Origin: a virus
Lineage: Duplodnaviria > Caudoviricetes
DNA length: 64,000 bases
IMG/VR virus record: IMGVR_UViG_2615840593_000003
Span: 64,001-128,000 of that record
Reading direction: 5' to 3' (one strand)
Shown: piece by piece, positions 1 to 9,740 of the stretch
Layout: each line of letters starts with the position of its first letter
Position numbering within the stretch: position 1 is the first letter of the stretch
Notes under the pieces: generated by a model
Told to the model about the DNA's origin: nothing
Databases searched by the model: none
What the model saw: the letters and a program-made list of their open reading frames with translations, nothing else
Position numbers and translations under genes: made by a program

Positions 1-395
1 CCAGAAATACTCCATTTACGAGGACGTAATCCTATTTCCATAGGATAATGAGTTAACCACATTGAATGCTTATTGTATTTGATTTCAATACCAACTTCAT
101 GATACTCATCCAGTAAACCTAACTTGTTAATTTTTGACCACGTTTTAGAGAAATCATGATTCCCTTTAATTAATCGAATCTTTCCTTTTAACAGTTGTAA
201 AATACTAACTGTCTGCTCATAGTTCCCTAAACAGAAATCACCTAAATGGTACACTATATCATTTTCATCAACTTGTTCATTCCATTTATTAATCATGTGT
301 TCGGTCATTTCTTCAACAGATGAGTATGGTCGATTCTCGAATTCTAAAATTTTCTTATGATGAAAATGTGTATCACTTGTAAACCAAATATTCAT
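1..395 (-). CDS. Calcineurin-like metallophosphoesterase (3' end runs off window)
   Basis: Not in ORF track; read manually: MNIWFTSDTHFHH...YHLGDF...KGNHD; RBS AAGGAGG upstream. Confidence 0.88.
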   Translation of the reverse strand, partial: MNIWFTSDTHFHHKKILEFENRPYSSVEEMTEHMINKWNEQVDENDIVYHLGDFCLGNYEQTVSILQLLKGKIRLIKGNHDFSKTWSKINKLGLLDEYHEVGIEIKYNKHSMWLTHYPMEIGLRPRKWSIS

Positions 396-529
396 TATGT
401 ATTTTCCTCCTTAATTTGTATTTCTCATAAATACATTACTATACCATAAACAAATACAATTCTATCGTTTCATGTATTATGTATTTTCTAGAAGTACACT
501 ATTTTAAATAATATTCTCATATTATGCAA

Positions 530-787
530 TTATTCTATGTCTGCAACATAAATCCATCTAGCATCGTTCTTTTGATGTTCGTAAGGTAAATCTGTATAGT
601 ATTCACTGTCATAAAAATATACTTTTTTAGGAGAACCCAAATACATTGATTCCATCAAGCTATATTTATCGTCATAATGATAATTTTCATCATAATCATA
701 ATATGCCTCTCTTAAAGTAGCCATCTCCATATCACCATGAATTTCTAATACAGCTTTATAATGATTAACAACTTCACTTAATTTCAC
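530..787 (-). CDS. Hypothetical phage protein
   Basis: 85 aa ORF with AGGAG RBS. Confidence 0.7.
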   Translation of the reverse strand: MKLSEVVNHYKAVLEIHGDMEMATLREAYYDYDENYHYDDKYSLMESMYLGSPKKVYFYDSEYYTDLPYEHQKNDARWIYVADIE

Positions 788-803
788 ACTAACATCTCCT
801 TGC

Positions 804-1016
804 TCAAAATTTCTTTGCTAACCATGTTGAAACTTTAGAGATAATTGGTTCATATACGTATTTATCTAATCCAAACATTATCTCCTCAATGTTATAAGCC
901 AAACATCTTAAAATAAATAATGGGAATGTGAATGGTAGCATAACAATTCTCATGGTATTTTCAATAAAACTTTTTACTTTCATTTGCTTTTTCGTACCAA
1001 CAAAATGATTTATCAT
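804..1016 (-). CDS. Hypothetical protein with one hydrophobic segment
   Basis: 70 aa ORF, RBS, IVMLPFTFPLFIL stretch. Confidence 0.7.
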   Translation of the reverse strand: MINHFVGTKKQMKVKSFIENTMRIVMLPFTFPLFILRCLAYNIEEIMFGLDKYVYEPIISKVSTWLAKKF

Positions 1017-1049
1017 CTAATCAATTCCTTTTATAATAGGCTCGTTTTA

Positions 1050-1391
1050 TCAAAAGTATTTTATATGTAATTGTTTATTTTCTTCATATTGCTCACTAGT
1101 GTCATACAATTGTCTTGCCAGTGGCTCTATACTGTATTTCATCATTAGATAAGCATCTGAATCATAGTCTGAACCCTTATCAATCCAAATAAAATGATTC
1201 TTAATACCTCTACTATTTTGTCTAATCGGTGCAGTTTGAATGATCTCTGTATCTGATTCGAAATAGCATTGTGACCTAGTTTTGTATAATCTAATAGCTA
1301 CTTTATTTTTGATTAGCTCTTCGAATTTCAATTTTCCGCGTTCGTAATTATTTGTGTAGATAGATATTTTTATCTTCATATTTACCTCCAT
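1050..1391 (-). CDS. Hypothetical phage protein
   Basis: ORF; probable start at second Met after GGAGGT. Confidence 0.7.
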   Translation of the reverse strand: MEVNMKIKISIYTNNYERGKLKFEELIKNKVAIRLYKTRSQCYFESDTEIIQTAPIRQNSRGIKNHFIWIDKGSDYDSDAYLMMKYSIEPLARQLYDTSEQYEENKQLHIKYF

Positions 1392-1393
1392 GT

Positions 1394-1834
1394 TTATTTA
1401 ATTAATTTGTTCCATAGTTTATCGTATAAATAGTCATCATCAACATATCTCAATATGTATAATATTATCTTTTGCTTGATTCTATCGATAAATGAATATC
1501 TTATGTATATTGACAATTCTTTTTCGTTTTCTTCATTTACATAAGTTGTATACAATTCTATTTCTCTATTTTCTCTACCTTCATACAGCTCTACAACTTC
1601 GTTCTTTATCCTCTCACTCACTAATTCTTTTATCTTATTTTTAGAAGCTATTGAAGCATCTAGAGAAAGCAATCTGATCATATTTTCAGTTTGATTAGGC
1701 TTATCATCTATATTGAGAAATGATTCTTCTACCGTATTAACTATATCTCCAAAGGTTTTTATCCTATTTGATATATCGTTATTTCTCTTTTCTATTTCCT
1801 CAAGCCTATTCCATAACTCATCATAATGAAACAT
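1394..1834 (-). CDS. Hypothetical phage protein
   Basis: 146 aa ORF, AAGGTGAG RBS. Confidence 0.7.
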   Translation of the reverse strand: MFHYDELWNRLEEIEKRNNDISNRIKTFGDIVNTVEESFLNIDDKPNQTENMIRLLSLDASIASKNKIKELVSERIKNEVVELYEGRENREIELYTTYVNEENEKELSIYIRYSFIDRIKQKIILYILRYVDDDYLYDKLWNKLIK

Positions 1835-1868
1835 ATCTCACCTTCTAAACTTTAATAATACTTTGTTT

Positions 1869-2147
1869 TTATTTAATTTCTTCAAATGAAAAATTTATTC
1901 TAACCTTAATCACTTCTTTAACTTTAACGCTGTTTTCATTATAGGTAGGGCTGAAATCATAAGTACTATTATTTTTTATTGCATTAAATACTTCATTAGC
2001 CTTATCAATTTCATCGAAAATAATATTTCTACAATGAGAAACATCAAGGTATACCTCATCAACTACATACTCATCGAAGCGTTCGTCCAATGTGATGTGT
2101 ACAAACTTATTATTTTCAGTTTTTATTACATAGTATTCTTTGTTCAT
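1869..2147 (-). CDS. Hypothetical phage protein
   Basis: 92 aa ORF in co-directional array. Confidence 0.7.
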   Translation of the reverse strand: MNKEYYVIKTENNKFVHITLDERFDEYVVDEVYLDVSHCRNIIFDEIDKANEVFNAIKNNSTYDFSPTYNENSVKVKEVIKVRINFSFEEIK

Positions 2148-2151
2148 AATA

Positions 2152-2346
2152 TTAGATCGCCTCTTTTTTATTTAATCTAACTTCAGCAGTTGTAAATTGA
2201 TTATAAACCCAATAATCATACTCATTATCACCTGAATCGTATATAAAACCTTTATTAAGTAGAAATGAATTCGCTTCTTTTAATGTCTCGAAAAAGTGTA
2301 TCTCATGTATAACAGTATAATGAAATGCGATCTCAACCTTATACAA
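2152..2346 (-). CDS. Hypothetical phage protein
   Basis: 64 aa ORF, AAGGAG RBS. Confidence 0.65.
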   Translation of the reverse strand: MYKVEIAFHYTVIHEIHFFETLKEANSFLLNKGFIYDSGDNEYDYWVYNQFTTAEVRLNKKEAI

Positions 2347-2490
2347 ATAATCTACTCCTTATATTTAATAAAATGACTGTTTCATCAAATTTTATAAGAA
2401 ATATAATAATCAAATTCGCTCCAAAATATCTTTGTTATCATTGAACAAAAATAACAAATGTTGTAATATTTACTTTAAGGAGGGATTATT

Positions 2491-2697
2491 ATGAAAAAAC
2501 TATTAGCTACTCTATTAACAGCAACACTTATATTCTCGTTTATACCAACTGGTAGTGATGATGCTTCAGCCGCAGAATCATATAAGAATTGCAAAGAGCT
2601 GAATAAGAAGTATCCTAACGGTGTTAAGAAAGGTCATCCAGCATACTCAGCTAAACTTGACCGAGATAAAGACGGATGGGCTTGCGAAAAAAATTAA
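2491..2697 (+). CDS. Secreted excalibur calcium-binding domain protein
   Basis: Signal peptide plus YKNCKEL...LDRDKDGWACE excalibur motif; own RBS AAGGAGG and terminator. Confidence 0.9.
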   Translation: MKKLLATLLTATLIFSFIPTGSDDASAAESYKNCKELNKKYPNGVKKGHPAYSAKLDRDKDGWACEKN

Positions 2698-2711
2698 TAT
2701 TTAATAACACT

Positions 2712-2740
2712 TCCACCTATTTAATTAGGTGGATTTTATT
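2712..2740 (+). terminator. Intrinsic terminator after excalibur gene
   Basis: TCCACCTA-loop-TAGGTGGA followed by T-rich run. Confidence 0.7.
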
Positions 2741-2749
2741 GTAATAGAG

Positions 2750-2902
2750 CTATTTTATTGAATCTTTGAATGATTTATCAACATCAGAATCACAAGTTAT
2801 ATGATATTCATCCCAATCCTCACCATATAAACCACCTTCTCGTATATCAATTTCGTCATTTTCACATTTTCTATTACAAACTGGACAATAAAATTCGTAC
2901 AT
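2750..2902 (-). CDS. Small Cys-containing protein (50 aa)
   Basis: Below ORF cutoff; MYEFYCPVCNRKC...; AAAGGGG RBS; bounded by junction sites. Confidence 0.65.
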   Translation of the reverse strand: MYEFYCPVCNRKCENDEIDIREGGLYGEDWDEYHITCDSDVDKSFKDSIK

Positions 2903-2938
2903 ATAAACAAACCCCTTTTAATAATAAGTCTCTTTCAT

Positions 2939-3175
2939 TTAAAATCGGAAACTATAGTTTATTTGCTTATCATGAATTTCTAATAATTTTAAAACTTCCT
3001 CATATACATTCTGTAATTGTTCTGGATTTGCCTTTTTAGGAAAGATTTCACGACTAACATCTAATTCAAATCCATTCTTCCAATGTCTCAAAATTACATT
3101 CTTACGAAAATGATAAATGCTTACACCTAGATCTTTCATGACTTTTGAAAAATCCCCATAATGATTTATTGTCAT
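2939..3175 (-). CDS. Hypothetical phage protein
   Basis: 78 aa ORF, AAGGAG RBS. Confidence 0.7.
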   Translation of the reverse strand: MTINHYGDFSKVMKDLGVSIYHFRKNVILRHWKNGFELDVSREIFPKKANPEQLQNVYEEVLKLLEIHDKQINYSFRF

Positions 3176-3393
3176 TGTTTTTCTCCTTTAGTTGATTAAT
3201 CGAATAACATTTTTCTAGTTTCCTTTTAGAAATCTTCTAATTCACCTGCTAATAGAAGATGTTCAATGTGTTCTTCTGCTTGCATTAAACTAAAACCATG
3301 TGTCATTAAATAATCAATTACTTCATCTTTCATATTCATTTCACATTCTCCTTTTTATGTATTTGTTTTGATAAAAGCATGATATTACTTAAA

Positions 3394-3636
3394 TCATTTA
3401 GCACAAACATCTCTTAAATCTATATCTAGCTTATTACCTATATCATCTTCGATGAATTCTCCATTATATTTACGATGTTTCATTTCCTTTAAAATTTCTT
3501 CTGTGCTATTAAATTCAACCCTATGGAGTGTTCCTTTAAACCCTTCTGAATCCTTATGAATATTATCAATATGACATAAATAAACGCTCACAATATCATT
3601 TCCTTTATTTTTAAGTTTCTCTCTATCGTTTTCCAA
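3394..3636 (-). CDS. Hypothetical phage protein
   Basis: 80 aa ORF. Confidence 0.6.
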   Translation of the reverse strand: MENDREKLKNKGNDIVSVYLCHIDNIHKDSEGFKGTLHRVEFNSTEEILKEMKHRKYNGEFIEDDIGNKLDIDLRDVCAK

Positions 3637-3865
3637 GTATTCTATTCATTTTCTTACCCTCTAGGAATCCATTAGTTTTCTTTTCTGATTTAGACGTCAT
3701 CACTTCACTCATTCTATTGTATTCTTCTACAGTGATACCTAAATTAATTGGATTAGTTTTTTCATCCTTACATGCTTCCATTAAAGATTTAGCTAATTCT
3801 CCAACACTCGTAAAGCATTTTGCTCCTACCCCACCAATAATCATTGATTTATTTATTTCCTCCAT
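3623..3865 (-). CDS. Hypothetical phage protein
   Basis: 80 aa ORF, AGGAGTGG RBS. Confidence 0.65.
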   Translation of the reverse strand: MEEINKSMIIGGVGAKCFTSVGELAKSLMEACKDEKTNPINLGITVEEYNRMSEVMTSKSEKKTNGFLEGKKMNRILGKR

Positions 3866-3875
3866 TTAACCACTC

Positions 3876-4217
3876 CTAAATTTGAAATTCATCCGACTCA
3901 TAAAGGCTCATCATATTATGTCCATATCTTAAAATTCGTTTTGTTGTATCTTGTAGGCATTTAAACTTACCGTTACTATAAATAAACGTGTCTTCAATCT
4001 TGAAGTAACTGCCTTCTCTTACATATCTCATGAATCTACTATCAGCCGTAACGATAATTACATCTTTTTCTTCATCATTAAGTGCATCTACAATTTCCTT
4101 AGTTGCTAGTCCATCATATTCAAATTCAGCAAGAACCCCATTTAATTGTTTTGCTATTTCCAACTTACTTCTTGTGTTACACCAGTGATCAGTCATAACT
4201 AACTTCACTAAAATCAC
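3876..4217 (-). CDS. Hypothetical phage protein
   Basis: 113 aa ORF translationally coupled to upstream gene. Confidence 0.7.
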   Translation of the reverse strand: MILVKLVMTDHWCNTRSKLEIAKQLNGVLAEFEYDGLATKEIVDALNDEEKDVIIVTADSRFMRYVREGSYFKIEDTFIYSNGKFKCLQDTTKRILRYGHNMMSLYESDEFQI

Positions 4218-4453
4218 TCCTTTTCCAAATGAACATTTCCTTTTATCTCATAACTTTCTCCACTTTCTAATTGTCTCCAAGATTCAAAATTATCACGTTG
4301 CTCATACCACCCGATTGGCATACCAAGACAACCTTCTACACTATTATCTACCCATGCAATAATCCATTTTGTATCAGACCCTTCAATAGTCGTATAATCT
4401 CCTTCGTAAATAATATTTCCTGACATATCTATAAAGCTTCTTAACTCAGTCAC
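4214..4453 (-). CDS. YopX-C-terminal-like small protein
   Basis: DMSGNIIYEGD...YEIKGNVH resembles the YopX C-terminal half. Confidence 0.55.
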   Translation of the reverse strand: MTELRSFIDMSGNIIYEGDYTTIEGSDTKWIIAWVDNSVEGCLGMPIGWYEQRDNFESWRQLESGESYEIKGNVHLEKE

Positions 4454-4495
4454 GATTATTCCTCCTAGGTTTTAATAATAATATATTGGTTTCAT

Positions 4496-4711
4496 TTAAT
4501 TTCGATTTGTTAATGCTTCTTGGTATGCTTCAGCATAAGTATTCATTTGTCCTTCTGTATATACTGGATTAAATTCATTTGCAATTTGTTGTAATTTTCC
4601 TGCAATACCAAGAAGGAAATTAATATCATCATCATTAAATTCAGTTATTAATCCATTATCTGCTAATCCTTGTAGGTATTGAATTCTTTCTTGTTCGTTC
4701 ATTTCAATCAC
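4496..4711 (-). CDS. Hypothetical phage protein
   Basis: 71 aa ORF with upstream promoter and RBS. Confidence 0.65.
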   Translation of the reverse strand: MIEMNEQERIQYLQGLADNGLITEFNDDDINFLLGIAGKLQQIANEFNPVYTEGQMNTYAEAYQEALTNRN

Positions 4712-4812
4712 TCCTTTTATTATTTAACTAAATATTACCACACAATAAACATTATCGCAACACATTTTATGTATTTTATTATTTAAAAGTAATAGAGCAA
4801 GGAATATTCTCC

Positions 4813-5259
4813 TCACTCTTTATTATTTGTTTTAATATTTAACGCCTCTTTAATTGCAGTTTGTAATAATTGAGAAAAGTTCAGTCCTGCATCTTCACCT
4901 GCATCACGTAGCCATCTTGGCAATGTGCAATTTTTAGTCACAGCTTTATTAGCAGATTCATTTCGATATGGTGGTATATAAACATCAATAAAAATAATTC
5001 TGTCAGTTGAATCATGTAATTCGATACTTTCAGGATTTGAAGGGATAGGTGATTCTAAATCTTTTTCTTCTAATTCGAGGATGCGAAAAGCTAACATGGT
5101 TTTTGCTTCTCGAATACCTTCTGTGATTTCATCAACTAAAATAGCTGTACCAGTGAAGTCTGGAAAATACATAGAATAATTGTCCTCAGATTGCTCAACT
5201 ACAACTGGATAAATAAAATGATTATAAGTAGACAAATTTATCACTCCTTTTTCATCCAA
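4813..5259 (-). CDS. hicB: HicB-family antitoxin (no adjacent hicA)
   Basis: YPVVVEQ...YSMYFPDF...EAKTML and C-terminal KNCTLPRWL...AGLNFSQLLQTAI RHH motif. Confidence 0.88.
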   Translation of the reverse strand: MDEKGVINLSTYNHFIYPVVVEQSEDNYSMYFPDFTGTAILVDEITEGIREAKTMLAFRILELEEKDLESPIPSNPESIELHDSTDRIIFIDVYIPPYRNESANKAVTKNCTLPRWLRDAGEDAGLNFSQLLQTAIKEALNIKTNNKE

Positions 5260-5304
5260 TTATAGCACGTATAAATGATGCTTGTTAAGAAAAATTAATA
5301 GTCC

Positions 5305-5775
5305 TTATTCCTGCTCCATTGAGCGAAGTGTGAGTATAAAAGCTTTAGCTAAGTTCAATTCTATATCAGTTGCGTGCTCTCCGTCCCCTAATGATAGAAA
5401 GTCATTTTGAATACTATAATCAACAAATAAACCATTTTTATCTTTGGAGTTCATTATTCTATCAAATTCATTGCGAATGCTTACTGGTGTTAACTCTTTA
5501 TAAGTGTTAACTGTATTTATTATTGTTTCTTCCCTAAGTTTTACTAATTCTTCTTCAGATACTTGATAAACTGGTGCTAATTTTAATAATACCGTTGGAG
5601 AAGGCATTCTCTTTGATCGTTCACATAAGCTTATAGCCTGTGCTGATATACCAGTACGTGTAGAAACCTCTTCCATAGTAAGATTTCTTGCTTTACGAAA
5701 AGCCTTCATATTTTTACCTATAATAGGACTTAGATGATAATCGCTTCTTTCGTCTTTCCCTTTGCTGTTCGCCAT
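5305..5775 (-). CDS. XRE-family HTH transcriptional regulator
   Basis: IGKNMKAFRKARNLTMEEVSTRTGISAQAISLCERSKRMPS. Confidence 0.88.
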   Translation of the reverse strand: MANSKGKDERSDYHLSPIIGKNMKAFRKARNLTMEEVSTRTGISAQAISLCERSKRMPSPTVLLKLAPVYQVSEEELVKLREETIINTVNTYKELTPVSIRNEFDRIMNSKDKNGLFVDYSIQNDFLSLGDGEHATDIELNLAKAFILTLRSMEQE

Positions 5776-6013
5776 GATAACACCTCTACTGTTTAAATAA
5801 ATTAATAATTAAACCTACTGTTTATATAGAAGTTATCATGGTAACATAGCAAAGTCAATTTGATATAACTATTTAACCTTCATTTACTTATAATTTATAC
5901 ATGCTGTTCAATGTAATTTCTGTTTTTTAAAGATCATTAATTTTTACCACCATCTACTATTGATATGCTCAATTTCGAATTTACGATTAATTATGTATTT
6001 TCCACTTTAATTG

Positions 6014-6230
6014 TTAATTAAACTTATCAGTATTCAAAATATAATCTGTATCACAAATTATACCTTCACTAAGTTTGATTTCTTCTACTTCCACATTTCT
6101 TCTGTTCTGATCTTTCCATTTATCCATCGCAATACCTTTTTGCCTTTTTCCAATCTCTCGCAACTACAATCATTCCTCTGTTCTCTGTATAACAGCTATA
6201 CTTAATTTTATAAACGTAAAAAATCTTCAC
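6014..6230 (-). pseudogene. Small frameshifted gene (about 71 aa if one A is removed)
   Basis: GGAGTG RBS plus GTG; VKIFYVY...DWKKAK then +1 shift in A-run near 6137-6141; other frame continues GIAMDKW...TDKFN*. Confidence 0.5.
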
Positions 6231-6270
6231 ATTGTTCACTCCATAGCTCTTCATAATACAAATATATTAT

Positions 6271-6483
6271 TTAATCTTCTAACTTTAATTCGTTAATGTA
6301 GTAATAATTATTACCATTGACGTATCGATGATCGCTCCCTAACACCATTTTTGCTACTGAATTCAGTTTATATTTTTCTTCGAGTTTATTGATAGCTGAG
6401 TTCTTATTTTTAAAATAACCAATAACCTCATGTACAGGCTCAATTTGATGAACGTATTTATATTCTGCTTGATAGATAATCAT
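6271..6483 (-). CDS. Hypothetical phage protein
   Basis: 70 aa ORF, AAGGAG RBS. Confidence 0.7.
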   Translation of the reverse strand: MIIYQAEYKYVHQIEPVHEVIGYFKNKNSAINKLEEKYKLNSVAKMVLGSDHRYVNGNNYYYINELKLED

Positions 6484-6529
6484 AGTTGTTCTCCTTTTGT
6501 TTTGTATCTATTTTTATAAAACGTGACTA

Positions 6530-6850
6530 TTATTTAACGTTAATTTCACGAGCTTTATTTCCTTTGTCTAATGTAATTTCTGAATCGTAATATTCGCTAT
6601 TAAACGGACTTCTATATTTTTGTATATAATTATCCTCATTAGCATAAAAATCTAACGCATTTTCTAATTCTTTAATTCGAGCATCCTTTTCAACGATTAA
6701 TCTTTCATAACCTTTATTGATATGGTATCGAGCGTGACACACTTCCTCTAATTCGTTGATTTTACTTTTCATTTCCTCGAACACTTGCCAAATCTTAGGG
6801 GTAGTTCCTACTGAGTTCAGCATTTTCTCCCATTTATCAAAGTTTTCCAT
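6530..6850 (-). CDS. Hypothetical coiled-coil phage protein
   Basis: RIKELENALDFYANEDNY motif seen in Bacillus phage small proteins. Confidence 0.7.
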   Translation of the reverse strand: MENFDKWEKMLNSVGTTPKIWQVFEEMKSKINELEEVCHARYHINKGYERLIVEKDARIKELENALDFYANEDNYIQKYRSPFNSEYYDSEITLDKGNKAREINVK

Positions 6851-6892
6851 TACTATCTCTCCTTTTTTGTTTTCTATAATAGAATCATTTGA

Positions 6893-7171
6893 TTAAATAT
6901 ATACGTATTCACCTAACTCGTATATTGCATCGTTTATTATAATACCTATATCATCAGGCATTTTCCTTTTTTCAAAGTATTGTCTAAGATTATACTTCTC
7001 GTCTAAATAGCTGCTCCATTTTGGGTACAGTTTCACTGGTGAATTATCAGGAAATGGTTCTCCTTGAAGATATTCAAGTACCTCTTTAATTTTACTTATA
7101 CATTCATCAGACATCATCCACCAAGAATATACACTTAATAAAACTTCTGTTTTTACTTTCATAAACATCAC
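6893..7171 (-). CDS. Hypothetical phage protein
   Basis: 92 aa ORF coupled to upstream gene. Confidence 0.65.
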   Translation of the reverse strand: MMFMKVKTEVLLSVYSWWMMSDECISKIKEVLEYLQGEPFPDNSPVKLYPKWSSYLDEKYNLRQYFEKRKMPDDIGIIINDAIYELGEYVYI

Positions 7172-7443
7172 TCCTCACAATAGGGTACTGTTACGCCATT
7201 CTTTTCTATCATCATTTGAGTAGGTGCATTTGAAGTGGTAGAGCCACTACCACGTACATAAGTATAGTAGCAACCTGTACTTTTATGCTTAAGTATAACT
7301 GCTTCGCCACGATATACTTCATCTACTGATACAACATTCATTTCTCCATTATTACTTGCACTCACGTTTCCTTCATTACTCTGATTGCATCCGAATAAAA
7401 CTGTGAATCCTAACATTCCTAATATTATTAATTTACGCTTCAT
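7168..7443 (-). CDS. Small lipoprotein (DUF6440-like)
   Basis: Lipobox VLFGC; ILKHKSTGCYY motif. Confidence 0.7.
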   Translation of the reverse strand: MKRKLIILGMLGFTVLFGCNQSNEGNVSASNNGEMNVVSVDEVYRGEAVILKHKSTGCYYTYVRGSGSTTSNAPTQMMIEKNGVTVPYCEE

Positions 7444-7481
7444 TATGTATTTCCTCCTGTAATTTTAATAAAACTCCTCTT

Positions 7482-7916
7482 TTACTTAATTAACTCTGGA
7501 TTTTCATAAATATTCCCAATCGCTTCTAGTTTATCTAATTCTACAGCGATATTTAGTTGCCAACTACCACAAGGCGACTCTAAATAGTAGCCGTAAACTT
7601 CTCTACTCAATCCACCAACTAATTCATCTCTTGAATCATACACATGCATTCCTTTATTAACTACTAATTTTTGACCATGTGTTTCAATGATATCTTTTTC
7701 ATAAATTGCAATTCCATACTTATCATATAAACCTGTGTTTTGCATAATTTCTAAAGCGTCTAAATTCATAACAGCATAACTTCCGTGTAACCATTGTTCG
7801 TTAGAAGGCAGTGCAAATCTTTTTGCGTCAAATCCATCTGCTTTTAAATATAATGCGAAATTCATATAATGCATATTCTTGTTTAACGGTTCCCATACTC
7901 TAAATTCTTTGTTCAT
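7482..7916 (-). CDS. yopX: YopX family protein
   Basis: KEFRVW...IMQNTGLYDKYGIAIYEKDII...IGNIYENPELI. Confidence 0.9.
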   Translation of the reverse strand: MNKEFRVWEPLNKNMHYMNFALYLKADGFDAKRFALPSNEQWLHGSYAVMNLDALEIMQNTGLYDKYGIAIYEKDIIETHGQKLVVNKGMHVYDSRDELVGGLSREVYGYYLESPCGSWQLNIAVELDKLEAIGNIYENPELIK

Positions 7917-7956
7917 TATATTAATTCTCCTTTTCTGTTTTAATAAAACGGTTCTA

Positions 7957-8211
7957 TTATAGGTTGCCGTTCACTTTATTGTACTCTGTCATTAAATCTT
8001 TATCGCTCAAGATGTCTTGATAAGATTCTGGAAAGGCATCTACAGTCTTCATTGAAATTGCTCTATTGTCACTTGGCTCATCGCTATATCTGAAAATAAT
8101 TACATTATTACAAACGTACATATCGCACATTGTTCCGAAGTCATCTTTATCAACTTTTACAAACTTGCAACAATCTGAATCATGCTTATACATCGGATTC
8201 ATTGTGATCAC
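7957..8211 (-). CDS. Hypothetical phage protein
   Basis: 84 aa ORF; PMYKHDSDCC...FRYSDEPSD. Confidence 0.7.
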   Translation of the reverse strand: MITMNPMYKHDSDCCKFVKVDKDDFGTMCDMYVCNNVIIFRYSDEPSDNRAISMKTVDAFPESYQDILSDKDLMTEYNKVNGNL

Positions 8212-8217
8212 TCCACA

Positions 8218-8406
8218 TTATGTATTTTTGATAATTTCTTGATTTTCTACAGCATAACTATTTCCACGATCCTTTAACTGCCCTATTACAATGTCTTTAC
8301 CTTTAAACATTTTCTTTCCTTCTGCTCTAGCATCTATTTCGCTATAAAATGTTTCATGTACCCACTCAATATTGTGTGCTTCTGTGAAAGTCCATTGATT
8401 ATGCAT
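8218..8406 (-). CDS. Hypothetical phage protein
   Basis: 62 aa ORF, AGGAGG RBS, upstream promoter. Confidence 0.7.
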   Translation of the reverse strand: MHNQWTFTEAHNIEWVHETFYSEIDARAEGKKMFKGKDIVIGQLKDRGNSYAVENQEIIKNT

Positions 8407-8593
8407 TTATCAAAACCTCCTAAATTTTAGTACCTCTTTACCTCTTACATCCATATTAACACTACAACCCATTTAATTCAATAATAATTTATGTATTTTA
8501 TTATTTAAAATTAACATGTTCTTTTGAAAAAGCATAAATTAATTGTTTAGTGAATATAATAAATGTTGATATCTAAATATTAAAATCAAGGAT

Positions 8594-9151
8594 GTGGTAA
8601 CTTTGGACATACTTACTCAAGATGCTTTAGATAAAGAAATGTTGGATAAATATAGTTTAAATAATTGTGTAAATTCAACCACAATTAAAGAAAGTATCTA
8701 TGTTAGATTGATTTCATACGCATTAATATTGGCTTCTGGGTATATGATGAAGATTGAATTTTTCAATTATCCATTAACTTTTAATAAAACATTTATATCT
8801 GTGATTTTATCTTATTTATTAATTATCCCTATTCATGAAATGTTACATTATATTCCTTTTAAAATCCTTAAATACAATCCAAAATTAAATTTACTAAATA
8901 ATACAATTGATGGAGCAATAAAAAGAGAAGATTTAATGATCATTTCGATATCACCATTAATTATTATCTCTACCTTTTTGATTATTTTAATGACTATTTT
9001 TACTTCTTATATTCCATTACTCGTAATGATCATTGGGATTCACTTACTTACTTGTATTAATGATTTAGCTCAATTTAGCATCGCAAAGAAATTCCATAAA
9101 AACTGCTATATAGGAGTTGCTAATAAAACTGAGTACAGAGGATATTTATAA
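8594..9151 (+). CDS. DUF3267-like membrane zinc metalloprotease
   Basis: Several TM helices with IHEMLH (HExxH), ISPLII and CINDL motifs. Confidence 0.75.
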   Translation: MVTLDILTQDALDKEMLDKYSLNNCVNSTTIKESIYVRLISYALILASGYMMKIEFFNYPLTFNKTFISVILSYLLIIPIHEMLHYIPFKILKYNPKLNLLNNTIDGAIKREDLMIISISPLIIISTFLIILMTIFTSYIPLLVMIIGIHLLTCINDLAQFSIAKKFHKNCYIGVANKTEYRGYL

Positions 9152-9504
9152 CTTCTGTACTCAGTTTTTAATATTATATAAACAATTTTACTAATACACT
9201 CTCTCAAAGTAAAGGCAGTACCCACTCTCTCGTTCCTAGACTTACTGATAATTTCGTTATGATTTAATTCCGTCATCATTTTCCTCCTTTACTGTATATT
9301 ATTTAGTTCCTATGTATTGATTCCATAGCGATATCAAACCATCTTTGAGCATCTAAATTTAATCTCCGTGAATTATTTCTCTCATCCTCTAATTGTTTTC
9401 TCAATTTGTTATTTTCATCTTCCAAATACTCTGTTCGTGCTTTCAATTCTTCGTAATTTAGATTTTTCATTTAAATATCTCCTTTTATAAAATGAACATA
9501 TTGT

Positions 9505-9690
9505 TTAATCTTCTAAGTAAGTAACTATTACACCGCTAAATAAACCTATGTATCCGCCAATGAGAATTGATACAAAAGTAGCTCCTTCATAAAAATTAAA
9601 ATAACTACGAGTAATCACTTGTACATAGTTTAATAAAATAACTAAAATTGAAAATGTAATAATTTTTTTCAAATTCACAAAAGATACCAC
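9505..9690 (-). CDS. Small two-TM membrane protein
   Basis: 61 aa hydrophobic ORF. Confidence 0.6.
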   Translation of the reverse strand: MVSFVNLKKIITFSILVILLNYVQVITRSYFNFYEGATFVSILIGGYIGLFSGVIVTYLED

Positions 9691-9740
9691 CTTTTTTATT
9701 TATGTATTTAATCGAATAATTTATAATTAATCACTGTTAT

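Noticed and set aside
2770-3039. Plus-strand 89-aa ORF and similar shadow ORFs (6011, 11985, 12919, 14182, 14358, and antisense ORFs within late genes)
   Set aside because: Antisense to better-supported genes with RBSs; no RBS or motifs
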